DNA of 64,000 nucleotides, taken from the NCBI GenBank assembly GCA_030141605.1, contig JAQGDQ010002406.1, positions 1-64,000 of the forward strand, given 5' to 3'. Below, piece by piece: positions 22,397-33,305 of this stretch. A program made the position numbers and the translations under genes. A model generated the notes under the pieces. That model saw nothing but the letters and a program-made list of their open reading frames with translations. It was not told the origin of the DNA and did no database searches. Source of the stretch: Tubiluchus corallicola. Its lineage: Eukaryota; Animalia; Priapulida. Each line of letters begins with the position of its first letter. Within the stretch, counting starts at the first letter, position 1.

Positions 22397-23995
22397 AAAA
22401 TCCTCCGAAAGTTCCGCTCTGCTCACGACAGAGCTCTTAATATAACCGTCGTACAATCTTATATCAAGCAAATTTTTATCATCAACGTCAGACACCGATG
22501 TAACAACTTTACCATTTTGCGTTAGAGCGGCATAACCTCTTTTTAAGACATTTTCTGGATTTAGACCTCGCATCTGCCTCAACAATCCTTCACACTCATT
22601 CAAGTGGCTCGTTAAAGACCACCTTGCCCTCTGGGTAATGGAGGAGATAAGCCCTCTTACCATTATCTGGCATTTCTCCACCTCTCCCAAGGGGGACAGG
22701 GCTAGCAGTCTGTTTGTCAAAATATCCGTACTAGACCTTGCAGCACTGACGGGCTCACAGCGCAAAAGGAAAAATTGCAACCGATCTCTGCCATTCTGAT
22801 ACTCCTTAAGTGAAGAGCTTATACTATTCTTCAGGACAGATTCGCTATATTTCAACCTGTCAAGGTATGCATTCAACACCCCGCTCGGGGATGGGAGCCT
22901 ATGTTCAAGCAGACGCAAAGATGACAATTTTGAGGATTGAGCAACCTGCAGCCCCCTGGTTATCCTAGATATGCTGCTCTGAACGAAAGCTGCATCCCTC
23001 TCTATCCGCGTCAATGGAGAAGATCTATAAACGTAAGAGGTGACACCATCGAGCATCTGTTGATAGTATTCGCATCTTTTCACCATGATCTGTCCTACCT
23101 TTGCCATCCTTTCATCCAACACAACGTTGGCCAACCTGTAACCCTCACACAAAAGCACAGCAGAAGCCGTAGGAGTAGCGCTGCGCACATCAGCTACAAG
23201 GTCGCATATCGTCACATCTTTTTCATGCCCTATGGCAGATACGGTGGGGACAGTTACGGCGTGAAAAGCCCGAACCAACGCCTCATCATTAAATATGAAA
23301 AGATCATCCAGCGAACCTCCACCACGCATCAATACAACTGCGTCATACTTGCCTTTGGAGTCATTCACCATCTTCAGAGCTTGAATTATCTCCTCAATCG
23401 CTGATGCCCCTTGCACAGATACAGGGTAAAGGTCGGCACCGAAAAGACCATTGTGCATATTGACAGTTACGACAAAGTCCTTGATGGCTGCCCCTTGATT
23501 GGATGTGATTAACGCTATGTGACGAGGGTATTTCGGTAAGCTCTTCTTTGTGCCTTCATCAAAAAAACCTTCCAATTCCAGCTTTTTTAGCGTCTTCTCG
23601 TAGGCTTGCCAAAAACTGCCCACTGAAGAATACTTTACATCACGAGCTTTAAGTTGATATGTACCGGACGGAGGATAGATCGCAATCTCTCCGCTGACTT
23701 GAACCTTGTCGCCATCTTTTGGAATGAAGGCGCTCGGCGATTGAAGATAATTTTTGAAATAAACTATGCTTAGGGATGAATTTCCCTCCTTGAGGCTAAA
23801 ATAGCAGTGCCCAAACCTAGACACACTAACACCGCTAACCTCCCCAACAACCATGATCAAACCGGGAAAACTGCGAATGACAGCATCGGAAATCTTATCG
23901 GTCAACTCTTGTACTGAATATATCCTGCTAATCTTCTGAATAGCCTCCGTGGTCGTATTTTTCCAAGGTTTTATTGTCGATGTAGAGATCCTCAC
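22397..23995 (-). CDS. xseA: Exodeoxyribonuclease VII large subunit (start uncertain, no stop before greA)
   Basis: YSVQEL, GEVS...GHCYFSLK, GAAIKD, RGGGSLDDL, SAIGHEKD, TPTA and LNPENVLKRGYA motifs. Confidence 0.9.
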
Positions 23996-24239
23996 CGGAC
24001 TTCATCATATTCAGCTTTTGCCTGATGATCATTTGGAGATAAACGTTGTCTTCCCTGAGCTTGGCATTTTCCACCTTGAGGTCTTCGATATCCTGACGCA
24101 GAGCACTTATCTGGGCGCCGTACTCAACCGCAATACCCTGCAATTTAAAATATCTCAAAAGACCATTGTTGCCGAATACAAGGTAGTAAAGCAGCACCAA
24201 AATTATCCCGGAATATATGTAGTTGATCTTCATCTTCAC
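23928..24239 (-). CDS. ftsB: Septum formation initiator FtsB/DivIC family
   Basis: TM helix, FGNNGLL, coiled coil, then IRQKLNMMKSGE. Confidence 0.8.
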   Translation of the reverse strand: MKMKINYIYSGIILVLLYYLVFGNNGLLRYFKLQGIAVEYGAQISALRQDIEDLKVENAKLREDNVYLQMIIRQKLNMMKSGEDLYIDNKTLEKYDHGGYSED

Positions 24240-24377
24240 TTAACAGCCATAAATACAACAAACTCCGTTTTCAACGACGCATAACTACTGTAAGACAATA
24301 AACTCAATGCAAAGGGGAAAAGAGATCAAAAATAACCTAAATCGTAACCTTAAGATACTTCTCTACAGTCGCCCGAT

Positions 24378-24611
24378 TCAGCTCATGTCATCAATATCGA
24401 GGTCCGCAATCTCTTCTGAAGGTGTGATGGATGATATAGCATGTTTGTATATCATCTTCTGCGATTCGTCCTTTATTATCACAACAAAATTATCAAAGCC
24501 CTTAACGGTGCATTCAATACTGGTGCCATTCAGCAAATGCACAGTACACGGAAGCTTCCTCTTCCGAAGATAATTCAGTAATGTATCCTGAATATTAAGC
24601 TTTTTACTCAT
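24378..24611 (-). CDS. hfq: RNA chaperone Hfq
   Basis: NIQDTLLN, LLNG, FDNF and MIYKHAIS motifs. Downstream of miaA. Confidence 0.96.
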   Translation of the reverse strand: MSKKLNIQDTLLNYLRKRKLPCTVHLLNGTSIECTVKGFDNFVVIIKDESQKMIYKHAISSITPSEEIADLDIDDMS

Positions 24612-24656
24612 AAATCACTTTCTCCACTAAACCAGACAAACACGTATGATCGATTT

Positions 24657-25563
24657 TTACATTCTAAATTCACTGAGAACCTTCTTTACATGGCTTCTAA
24701 CATCGCAAGGACTCAAAAACAGATCCGACCACCCAGAATTCCTGAACCAAGTCTGCTGTCTCTTGGCAAAATTCCTAGTACGCTTCTGAACCCTGGATAC
24801 AACGTCCTCCAGCGAAACTTCACCGCGGATAAGGCTACATATCTCAGTGTACCCAATCCCCTTAAAGGACGGAAACTCATCCCCGTAACCTTTATACAAA
24901 AGATATTCGACTTCGTCAACCCATCCTTCGCAAAACATTTTAACAACTCGATCGTTTATATTATCATACAATGTTCCTCTATTCTCGTCCAGCACAATGG
25001 TATAGTAAGAATACTTAGGCATTCTCCGAAATTCCTCATGGGCTTTACTGAAAGGGATTTTGGTTAGATAAAAAACTTCTAAGGCGCGCATTATCTTTGC
25101 AGAATCATTGTGAGTTATTCTGTCTGTATAATCCTTGTCTACCGTCAGGAGCTCTTTGTACAGGGGTCACCCTCCTTTGACAATCTGTCTTTTAACATGG
25201 CGCGGATACTAGGGTCACTCGATGGACATTCAAACATGCCGTTAATCAGAGTGTTTATATATAAGGCTGTACCACCTAACACAACGGGTATCTTACCCCT
25301 TGACAGTATCTCCTCTATACGCCTTTCCGCCATATCAAAAAAGAGGCCGGCAGAGTAGCTTTCGGACGGATCTATAATATCTATAAAATGATGGGGAACC
25401 GATGCCAACTCTTCACGGAAGGTTTTGACGTGCCCACGTTCATGTATCTGTACACCTGATAAGCATCGGCACTGATTATCTCTATATCGTGATCCTGTAT
25501 CACGCTGTACATGAGGGCATTTTTGCCCGATGCAGTTGCACCGGTAAGTATCGGTATCTTCAT
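24657..25563 (-). CDS. miaA: tRNA dimethylallyltransferase, split into three ORF pieces by indels
   Basis: GATASGK, ISADAYQVYRYMNVGTSKP, GGTALY, RALEV, GIGY and TRNFAKRQQTWFR across three frames. mutL-miaA-hfq synteny. Confidence 0.9.
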
Positions 25564-27323
25564 AATCGATCAAACTTTTTCAAAAGCTCCTTAAAGGGAA
25601 TATTGACAACTATCGGTCTTCCGTGGGGGCATGTGTAGGGGTTTTCCGTTGCAAAAAGCCTATCCACTATGTGTTTCATCTCCGTAAAGGTCAATTCGTC
25701 ACCCGCCTTGACAGAAGAAGAGCAGGCCTTAGAAACATTTGCAGCACCCATCAAGCCACTGCTATGAACGCCCATAACATCCCCTATTATCAGCTCCATA
25801 TCGGAAGCTATATCGCGTTTTGTCATACTGATGGGGATGCTTCTAAGCTCAACCGCATCATCGCCAACACGCCTGATCTTAAACCCCCGAAGAGCAAATT
25901 CAGAAACATTTGCAGCCACAAAGTCGGCATACTCTTCAGATACATTCAAGACCATAGGTTCATGCAGAGAGATAGTCGGAAAGAGCTCTGCTTGAGTCTT
26001 TTCATACTCTTCATAAAGAACCCTTTCATGGGCAATATGCTGATCTATAAACAGCATATCCCCGGAAGCCGCCTGACAAAGGATAAATGTCTTATTTATC
26101 TGACCTATTATTCTCAAGTCATCAGAAATCTCGGCGTCTTTTTCCATTGAATCAGTGCTGCCCTCAAACCCCTTCAGGCTGACGCTCTCAAAACGATCCA
26201 CAAGACTCGGCACATCTACGCCCTCATCATTTAGACCTTTAACCCCGCTGATACTGCCAGAATCTTTGGGGAAAGATTCTGTCTGCTCCATCTCGGTAAG
26301 ATTTATGAAGTATGGTTTTGATCTGTGGGTACCGTAGCCGCCGACATCAATATTGTTTATAGTTCCCCTGACGCTTCTTGCCACAAATGAATATACCTCT
26401 CTGCTGTTTATGAGTTTTATCTCGCGTTTGCCGGGATGCACATTAACATCGATTTCCGGCGGCGGAATCTCGAGATTTACGACGCAAACAGGATATTTAT
26501 TATCGGGCATTCTTCCTTCATAGGCGTTGATAATAGCCTGCACTATGGAGCTGTTGGTTATTACCCTGCCATTTATTCCCACAAATATCATATCCCTTCT
26601 GCTCTTCGAGACAACGGGATAACAAGCGGCAACCGTTATGGACATATTCTCAAACTTACTCTCACCAAAAGCGACTTTATCCACACCAAAAACCCTATTT
26701 GCCCGAACATCCATCCCCTCGTAAGAGTAAGCATGATACACAGTATTTCCATCGGATTTGAGCGATATATCTATCTGTGGATTGATCATGGAGAAGTGCT
26801 TTATAAAACGGGTAATCTCCCTTTTATAGCTCGTGCCACTCTTGACAAACTTTTTTCTAGCCGGAACATTGTAGAAAAGATCCTGGACAGTGACAACAGT
26901 GCCCAGTCTACCCGGGGCGGGCGCAATATCCATAATCTTGCCACCCTTCACAGAGAGTTGCATGGTGTCATACCCTTGTCTGCCCGACATTATGCTAAAG
27001 TCGCTGACGGAACTGATGGCAGCCAAAGCTTCCCCGCGAAAGCCGAATGTGCCGATATTGTATACGTCATCCAAAGCACGAACTTTGCTCGTAGCGAATC
27101 TTTCGACAGAAACGGGCAAATCTTCCGGCAATATCCCGACACCATCATCGGAAACACGGACAAAATACAACCCACCGCCCTCAATCTCTACCGTAACCTT
27201 GGATGCCTTTGCGTCAACGGCATTCTCCACAAGCTCTTTTACTATGCTATAAGGATTTTCAACAACTTCACCTGCGGATATCTTCATGGACACATCAGAA
27301 TCCAGCATATGAATCTCTCTCAT
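25560..27323 (-). CDS. mutL: DNA mismatch repair protein MutL
   Basis: ISAGEVVENP, KELVENAVDA, GFRGEAL, DVNVHP, DQHIAHERV and CPHGRP motifs. Confidence 0.96.
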   Translation of the reverse strand: MREIHMLDSDVSMKISAGEVVENPYSIVKELVENAVDAKASKVTVEIEGGGLYFVRVSDDGVGILPEDLPVSVERFATSKVRALDDVYNIGTFGFRGEALAAISSVSDFSIMSGRQGYDTMQLSVKGGKIMDIAPAPGRLGTVVTVQDLFYNVPARKKFVKSGTSYKREITRFIKHFSMINPQIDISLKSDGNTVYHAYSYEGMDVRANRVFGVDKVAFGESKFENMSITVAACYPVVSKSRRDMIFVGINGRVITNSSIVQAIINAYEGRMPDNKYPVCVVNLEIPPPEIDVNVHPGKREIKLINSREVYSFVARSVRGTINNIDVGGYGTHRSKPYFINLTEMEQTESFPKDSGSISGVKGLNDEGVDVPSLVDRFESVSLKGFEGSTDSMEKDAEISDDLRIIGQINKTFILCQAASGDMLFIDQHIAHERVLYEEYEKTQAELFPTISLHEPMVLNVSEEYADFVAANVSEFALRGFKIRRVGDDAVELRSIPISMTKRDIASDMELIIGDVMGVHSSGLMGAANVSKACSSSVKAGDELTFTEMKHIVDRLFATENPYTCPHGRPIVVNIPFKELLKKFDRL

Positions 27324-27405
27324 TCGGTCTACCCCCATCAAAACAGACTGCGAAAATACACCCACACAAGGAAACAAAATATCTAAAGGGACAAAAATGA
27401 CAATA

Positions 27406-27441
27406 AAAAAGTAGCCTTTTGAAAGGAAAAGGCTACTTTTT
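27406..27441. terminator. Intrinsic terminator (bidirectional form)
   Basis: Perfect 15-bp inverted repeat AAAAAGTAGCCTTTT-gaaagg-AAAAGGCTACTTTTT. Confidence 0.85.
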
Positions 27442-27496
27442 CACACAAATTCAATCTTTAACAACTGAGATCTTCGCCTCAACTACCACGGCGACA

Positions 27497-28618
27497 TCAC
27501 CATGAGTTGACTATATCATCAAGCCTGTTTTTGTTAAACCCTACAATCTTCTCACCATCTATGAATATAGTCGGCGTGCTGTTTATATTGAGACTTCGAG
27601 CAATCTTCTGGCCATTTCTCACCTTAGTCTTGACGCCTGAAGAGTTTACGAGCTTTTTAAATTTATCAAGATCGCCCGTTTTGTTGCCAAAGTACTCTAT
27701 GATGTTGTCACTTCTAAGTCTATGTATCTTTGTATCATAAAGTTCATTATGAAAATTGTAACCCATCAACATCCCCGCTTCAAAAATCTGACTCAGAAGA
27801 AAAGCTTTATCATGTATCTGTTCGATAGGAAAATGCATCAGGTACACAGCAACATCATCTCTGTTCTTTATATTCTTGTTAGCGTATGTATTAAACTTTG
27901 CACAAAAGGAACATTCATAGTCAGAAGCCTCGATAACTATATGTTTTGCATCTCTCTTGCCATACACCAGTGTCAGGTTGGACAGGTCAATATCGTAGCG
28001 AACACTTGCAGCAGCATACTTCTCGAGAAGATTAGTTCTGTTTGCAATATCCATGAGGGAGGTAACCAGATAGTTTCCGTCACTGACAAGATTTTGCGTA
28101 CTCACAACTTCGCCGTCTCTGTTAGTGACGGTATAGGTCAGAAAGTAATAACCCCCGGGAATGGGCACCTTGTCATATACCTTCACAACGGTAGTGCTGG
28201 TGCGCGCCATCGGCATGTTATTTGCAAAATACTTCTCAACATTTGACTTAACCAAGGTCTTAGAAGGCACGGGAGGACGGCGCTCATGACCGCTGCGGGC
28301 AAGATAGTTATCAAGCAAAGACGATCCGTCATAAACGTCAACTATCCTATTCACAAGGGTACTGCCATCGGTAAAACCGAGTAGATCAGCGCTGGGAGAG
28401 CCTTCCCCCGGCAACTTGGCACTACCGCCAACAAAGTAAAAACCAGGTAGCTCCGGCGAAGGAACTACGTGCTGAATATCTAATACGACATCCGAGTTGA
28501 TGTTTTTTAGGTAGTCTGTCACCTTCTGTCGTATCTCGTCTTCGGGCGATGCTGCAAAAACACTCACCCCAAACAGGGAGAAACATGCAGCAAGGACCAA
28601 ACCTCTAACTCTTTTCAT
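27497..28618 (-). CDS. Exported Dsb-type thiol-disulfide oxidoreductase with duplicated N-terminal domain
   Basis: Signal peptide, SDYECSFC active site, MHFPI, cis-Pro loop NSTPTIFIDG. Confidence 0.85.
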   Translation of the reverse strand: MKRVRGLVLAACFSLFGVSVFAASPEDEIRQKVTDYLKNINSDVVLDIQHVVPSPELPGFYFVGGSAKLPGEGSPSADLLGFTDGSTLVNRIVDVYDGSSLLDNYLARSGHERRPPVPSKTLVKSNVEKYFANNMPMARTSTTVVKVYDKVPIPGGYYFLTYTVTNRDGEVVSTQNLVSDGNYLVTSLMDIANRTNLLEKYAAASVRYDIDLSNLTLVYGKRDAKHIVIEASDYECSFCAKFNTYANKNIKNRDDVAVYLMHFPIEQIHDKAFLLSQIFEAGMLMGYNFHNELYDTKIHRLRSDNIIEYFGNKTGDLDKFKKLVNSSGVKTKVRNGQKIARSLNINSTPTIFIDGEKIVGFNKNRLDDIVNSW

Positions 28619-28734
28619 AAAACAACTCCTTCGATTTAATAAATAAAAGCGTATGCGAAACACCACCCGTAAGCTAAGAAGCCACACACACAAAAAACAT
28701 TGCACAAAGAAAGAGCATACCTAATGACAATGCT

Positions 28735-29646
28735 CTACTTCAGAGCTTTCAAGCCATGCCTCAACATCTGCCCATCAGCGCCATCCAATCTTTTGCCATT
28801 AATGAACAGGACAGGGGTGCTCCTTATGCCAAGTTCCATCACCCTCTTCTCAGCATCCAATACCCTACTGAGCATCTCATCCCCTTCAACAAGCTCTCTG
28901 AATCTATCAGGATCCGACACCTTTTTGGCAAAATGCTCTGTTATTTCGGTTTCAGACATGTCATGAATTTCTCTCTCAAACAGTTCATCCTTATATTTGG
29001 CTGCTTCGCCCAACTGAGCAAGGGATTCAAAAACTACCGCCAAGAACTCAGCCTTCGGGTGAATTTTGCGCAGAGGAAAGTGCATCATGTAAAGAGCAAC
29101 ATCATCTTCCATACCTTCCAAAGACTTCTTTAACTCTTCATTTAAACTGGCACAATACTGACATTCAAAATCACTAATCTTCACGATAATATTTTTACTG
29201 TCCTCATTACCGAAATACATCGTTAATTCACTAACATCTATGTCCACCATCGGACCATAATCATGCTTATACACCTTTGTAAAACTCAGGCCCGTCTCCA
29301 TATCCAAAAAGTCAGGGACTATATACCTTCCGTTTGTAATCAGGTAATCATTGTTTACCTCGTTGCCATTTCCATCACTTATGATTAAGTTGACAAAATA
29401 GTACCCGATCAGCTCTTTGACCTCCACTAAAGGGTTAGCCTTTACAGCATAGGAAGCATATTCGGGATTTCCTGCCAAAGTAGACTTAACCAATTGCTCT
29501 ATGGAAGAAGCAACTTCTTTAGGGCTTACAGTAGCCACAACACCATCATTAGAAACAGCACTATCCACACTCTGCTTGGAGCCGGCATCTTTACATCCAT
29601 AAACGGCAAGCGACAACAACAGCGACAACAACAACATCTTCCTCAT
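28735..29646 (-). CDS. Dsb-type thiol-disulfide oxidoreductase lipoprotein (paralog of the neighbour)
   Basis: Lipobox VYGC, SDFECQYC, MHFPL and RSTPVLFING. Confidence 0.85.
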   Translation of the reverse strand: MRKMLLLSLLLSLAVYGCKDAGSKQSVDSAVSNDGVVATVSPKEVASSIEQLVKSTLAGNPEYASYAVKANPLVEVKELIGYYFVNLIISDGNGNEVNNDYLITNGRYIVPDFLDMETGLSFTKVYKHDYGPMVDIDVSELTMYFGNEDSKNIIVKISDFECQYCASLNEELKKSLEGMEDDVALYMMHFPLRKIHPKAEFLAVVFESLAQLGEAAKYKDELFEREIHDMSETEITEHFAKKVSDPDRFRELVEGDEMLSRVLDAEKRVMELGIRSTPVLFINGKRLDGADGQMLRHGLKALK

Positions 29647-29922
29647 AAAATAACACTCCTTAAAAAAAATATAATTCACCACAAACGGGCGATAACTCAA
29701 CAAACCGAAAAAACAGTGCAAAACCCAGTCTTCACATCGCTCGCGCCGTACATCTGCGCTTTACCGCCAACTTTTCTATACATTCTAAAACGTATACCAC
29801 TAAACGACAAAAAAAGTCAAAAAAAGTTCAAAAAACCAACCTGATAAAACACTTGATTTGCCCCTTAAATAGTGCTAACTATATCAGTCTCTTTATGAGA
29901 TAAGTTGAGGAACAAAGGCACT

Positions 29923-32724
29923 ATGAATAGTAAGAAAGATTATAAACAAACATTAAACTTACCGAGCACAAAATTTTCGATGAAAGCAAACCTTTCGTTG
30001 AGCGAGCCTGAGCGTTTAAAAAAATGGTCAGAAGCTGGTCTGTACAAGCGCATACTTGAAAGCAGATCTTCGAGGGAGAGCTACATACTGCACGATGGCC
30101 CCCCTTATGCAAACGGCAACCTACACATGGGGCATGCCTTTAATAAGATTTTGAAAGACATGGTAATAAAGACAAAATCCGGTAAAGGCTACAGAGCTCC
30201 GTATGTTCCGGGTTGGGACTGCCACGGTCTACCCATTGAATATCAGGTGGAAAAAGGGCTAAAAGGCAAAAAAGATGATTATACTAAACCTGAAATAAGA
30301 AAAAAATGCAGAGATTTTGCCCAAAAATACATAGATATACAGCGGGAAGAGTTCAAAAGGCTAGGAGTTTTCGGTGATTGGGAAAATCCATACGTCACTA
30401 TGGACTATACCTATGAGGCTGTCATACTGGGTGAATTGTACAAATTTTTCAAGAGTGACTCCATTTATCGCGGCTTCAAACCGGTGTATTGGTGCGCTTC
30501 CTGTGCAACTGCTCTGGCTGAAGCTGAAATTGAATACGATGCACACGTATCTGACTCGATATATGTGAAGTTTCTCGTCAAGGATAGCAGTCTTTTGGGA
30601 TTGCCGAGCGATGCCAAAGTTTCTGCGGTAATATGGACCACCACTCCGTGGACATTGCCCGGAAATATGGCGGTGTGCACACATCCTGACTTTGACTATT
30701 CGGTTATAAAGATCACAAAATCGAATAATAGCAACCTCAAAGTAGGTGAGCATCTGCTCCTTGCAGAGGCATTTCTTGAGATGTTAAAACTCGAGCTGAA
30801 TTACGAAGATTATGAAGTTGTGAAGAAATGCAAAGGGAGCGAATTGGAGGGTGTTCTATTTGCTCATCCCTTCCTAGATAGGGTTTCGTTGTCGATCAAC
30901 GGCACTCACGTGACTTTGGAGCAGGGAACAGGTCTTGTACACACAGCTCCCGGACACGGTATGGAAGACTACGAGGTTAGCCTCAGATACGACTTAGACA
31001 TTATCAACCCTGTGGATGACAACGGTGTCTTTAAAGATGACGTGGAGCTGTTTGCAGGACTAAAGGTGCCTAATGCAAATCAAAACATCATAAGCCATCT
31101 CAACAATACTGGCACATTGCTAAAGGACACTCGCATAGAGCATTCTTATCCCCATTGTTGGCGCTGCAAAAGCCCCGTCATATATCGGGCTACGCCCCAA
31201 TGGTTTATCTCCATGGACAAGAACAATCTCCGCAATCAAGCATTAGCTGAGATAGAGAGGGTCAAATGGGTACCATCTTGGGGAAATGCTCGGATTGCTT
31301 CCATGATATCCGGCAGACCGGATTGGTGCATATCCCGTCAGAGGACTTGGGGAGTTCCCATCGCTGTTTTCAGATGTGAAAAATGTGACGATATCCACAT
31401 AAATGAAGAGATGATGGAGAAGATCACATCCCTATTTAACGAGTATGGTGCGGATGTTTGGTTTGACAGAGATGCGAAGGAGTTGATGCCGTCTGGCTAC
31501 GTTTGCGGTTGTGGTTGCGACAAGTTCGTCAAAGAGACCGATATTCTCGATGTTTGGTTTGATTCAGCACATCTACATTGCTGGCATGTGGGAAATAAAT
31601 AGCGATTATTGGCCGCATATCTTGAGGGTAGCGACCAACACCGAGGATGGTTTCAGTCCACCCTTTTAGAAAGCGTAGGCACCAGAGGCAAAGCTCCATT
31701 TTCAGAGGTATTAACCCACGGATTTGTGGTGGACAAGTACGGGAGGAAGATGTCAAAATCCCAAGGCAATGTCACCGCTCCATTTGAGATAATAAATAAA
31801 TACGGGGCGGAGATACTGAGGCTGTGGGTATCTTCAGAGGATTATAGCGAAGATGTGAGGATATCCGGCGACATAATAGAGCGTCTGGTGGAGAGTTATA
31901 GGAAGATCAGAAACACCGCAAGGTTTATGTTGGGCAACATACAGGATTTTGACCCTGATAAAGATGCTGTGCCGTATGATGAACTTATGGAGCTCGACAA
32001 ATACATACTGTATAGATGGAATGAAGTGAAAAGACGTATATACAAAGGCTTTGACGACTATCAATTTCATGTGTTCTACCATACTTTGTTAGGCTTTTGC
32101 ATAAAGGATCTGTCTTCGTTTTATCTGGATATACTGAAAGACAGGGCGTATGTATCAAACACCGCGTCCTTGAAGCGCCGTTCAGCTCAGACGGCTATAT
32201 TTGAGATAATCAAAGAGATGTGCGTTGTCATGTCTCCCGTGGTTGCTTTTACAGCTGATGAGATATGGGAGTATCTACCGTCGTTCCGCGGTAAGAGCAA
32301 GTTTGTATTCGAACAGTTTTTCCCGGAAGTTAGGGAGACCACAGATCAGGATTTCATCAAGAAATGGAATGACATTGTTGAAGTGAAGAAAGAGATCAAT
32401 AGAGCCATGGAGATTGCTCGCAAGGAGAACATCGTCAACTTCCCGCTCGATGCTGAGATACTGCTGCACGTTGATGATAGTGTCAAGAAGAGCATGGATG
32501 TCGATGAGGAGATACAGAAGATATTCATAGTTTCCAAGGTAGTATTTACAGATTTATCGGAAGATGACACCTGTTATAAGTCGGAAAGTGGGGACGTAAA
32601 GGTAATAGTCAAGGCAAGTGATAATGAAAGATGCGAAAGGTGTTGGGTTCGAACGGATACTGTCAGGGACAATGAAGATGGACTATGCAATAGGTGCATA
32701 GGGGTGCTAGGTGGATCTGCATGA
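29923..32724 (+). CDS. ileS: Isoleucyl-tRNA synthetase, frameshifted near 31565-31610
   Basis: HDGPPYANGNLHMGH, WTTTPWT, WCISRQR, DVWFDS / YLEGSDQHRGWFQS, KMSKS and a C-terminal CERCW zinc finger. Confidence 0.95.
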
Positions 32725-33236
32725 AAAAATACTTGTTGGTAGTCGTTTTTGCAATAGCCGTATGTTTGGACGTGTTAACCAAGCTTTATATTAAGAAAAA
32801 CTTCGTGCTGCATGACAGCAGACCTGTCATAGATGGTTTTTTTAATATAGTTTATTACCAGAACCCCGGGGCGGCGTTCGGTTTGCTGTCAAACTTTCCG
32901 TCCGATTTTCTCAGGAACGGATTTTTTTATACCGTAACGGTTGTGGCGGTGCTGCTGCTGTTATACTTTGTAAGGGAGGATTATGATAACAAAATATCCC
33001 CCTACGGCTATGTGTTGATAATATCCGGCGCTATTGGCAACGTCATTGATAGGCTAACCATCGGCAAGGTCGTGGATTTTATCGAGGTATACATACCTGT
33101 TGTAAACAAGTGGTGGCCCGCTTTTAATGTGGCAGATAGTTGTGTCTCCATAGGTATCGGGCTGGTAGTCCTTGAGATGCTTCTAAATGGAAAAAAAAAA
33201 GTAACCTGCTATAGATGGTCTACGAAAAGCCTGTAA
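32721..33236 (+). CDS. lspA: Lipoprotein signal peptidase II
   Basis: NPGAAFG, GAIGNVIDR, VVDFI and WPAFNVAD motifs. Coupled to ileS. Confidence 0.95.
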   Translation: MKKYLLVVVFAIAVCLDVLTKLYIKKNFVLHDSRPVIDGFFNIVYYQNPGAAFGLLSNFPSDFLRNGFFYTVTVVAVLLLLYFVREDYDNKISPYGYVLIISGAIGNVIDRLTIGKVVDFIEVYIPVVNKWWPAFNVADSCVSIGIGLVVLEMLLNGKKKVTCYRWSTKSL

Positions 33237-33305
33237 GGTCTTAGGTATGATTTCCTAAATATGCACAAACACTCAAGTAGTGACGTAGGGAGCTACGCTA
33301 TTTGA

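Noticed and set aside
29650-29920. Replication origin at the switch in gene orientation
   Set aside because: No DnaA-box cluster and no dnaA/dnaN/gidA context. It looks like an ordinary divergent promoter region.
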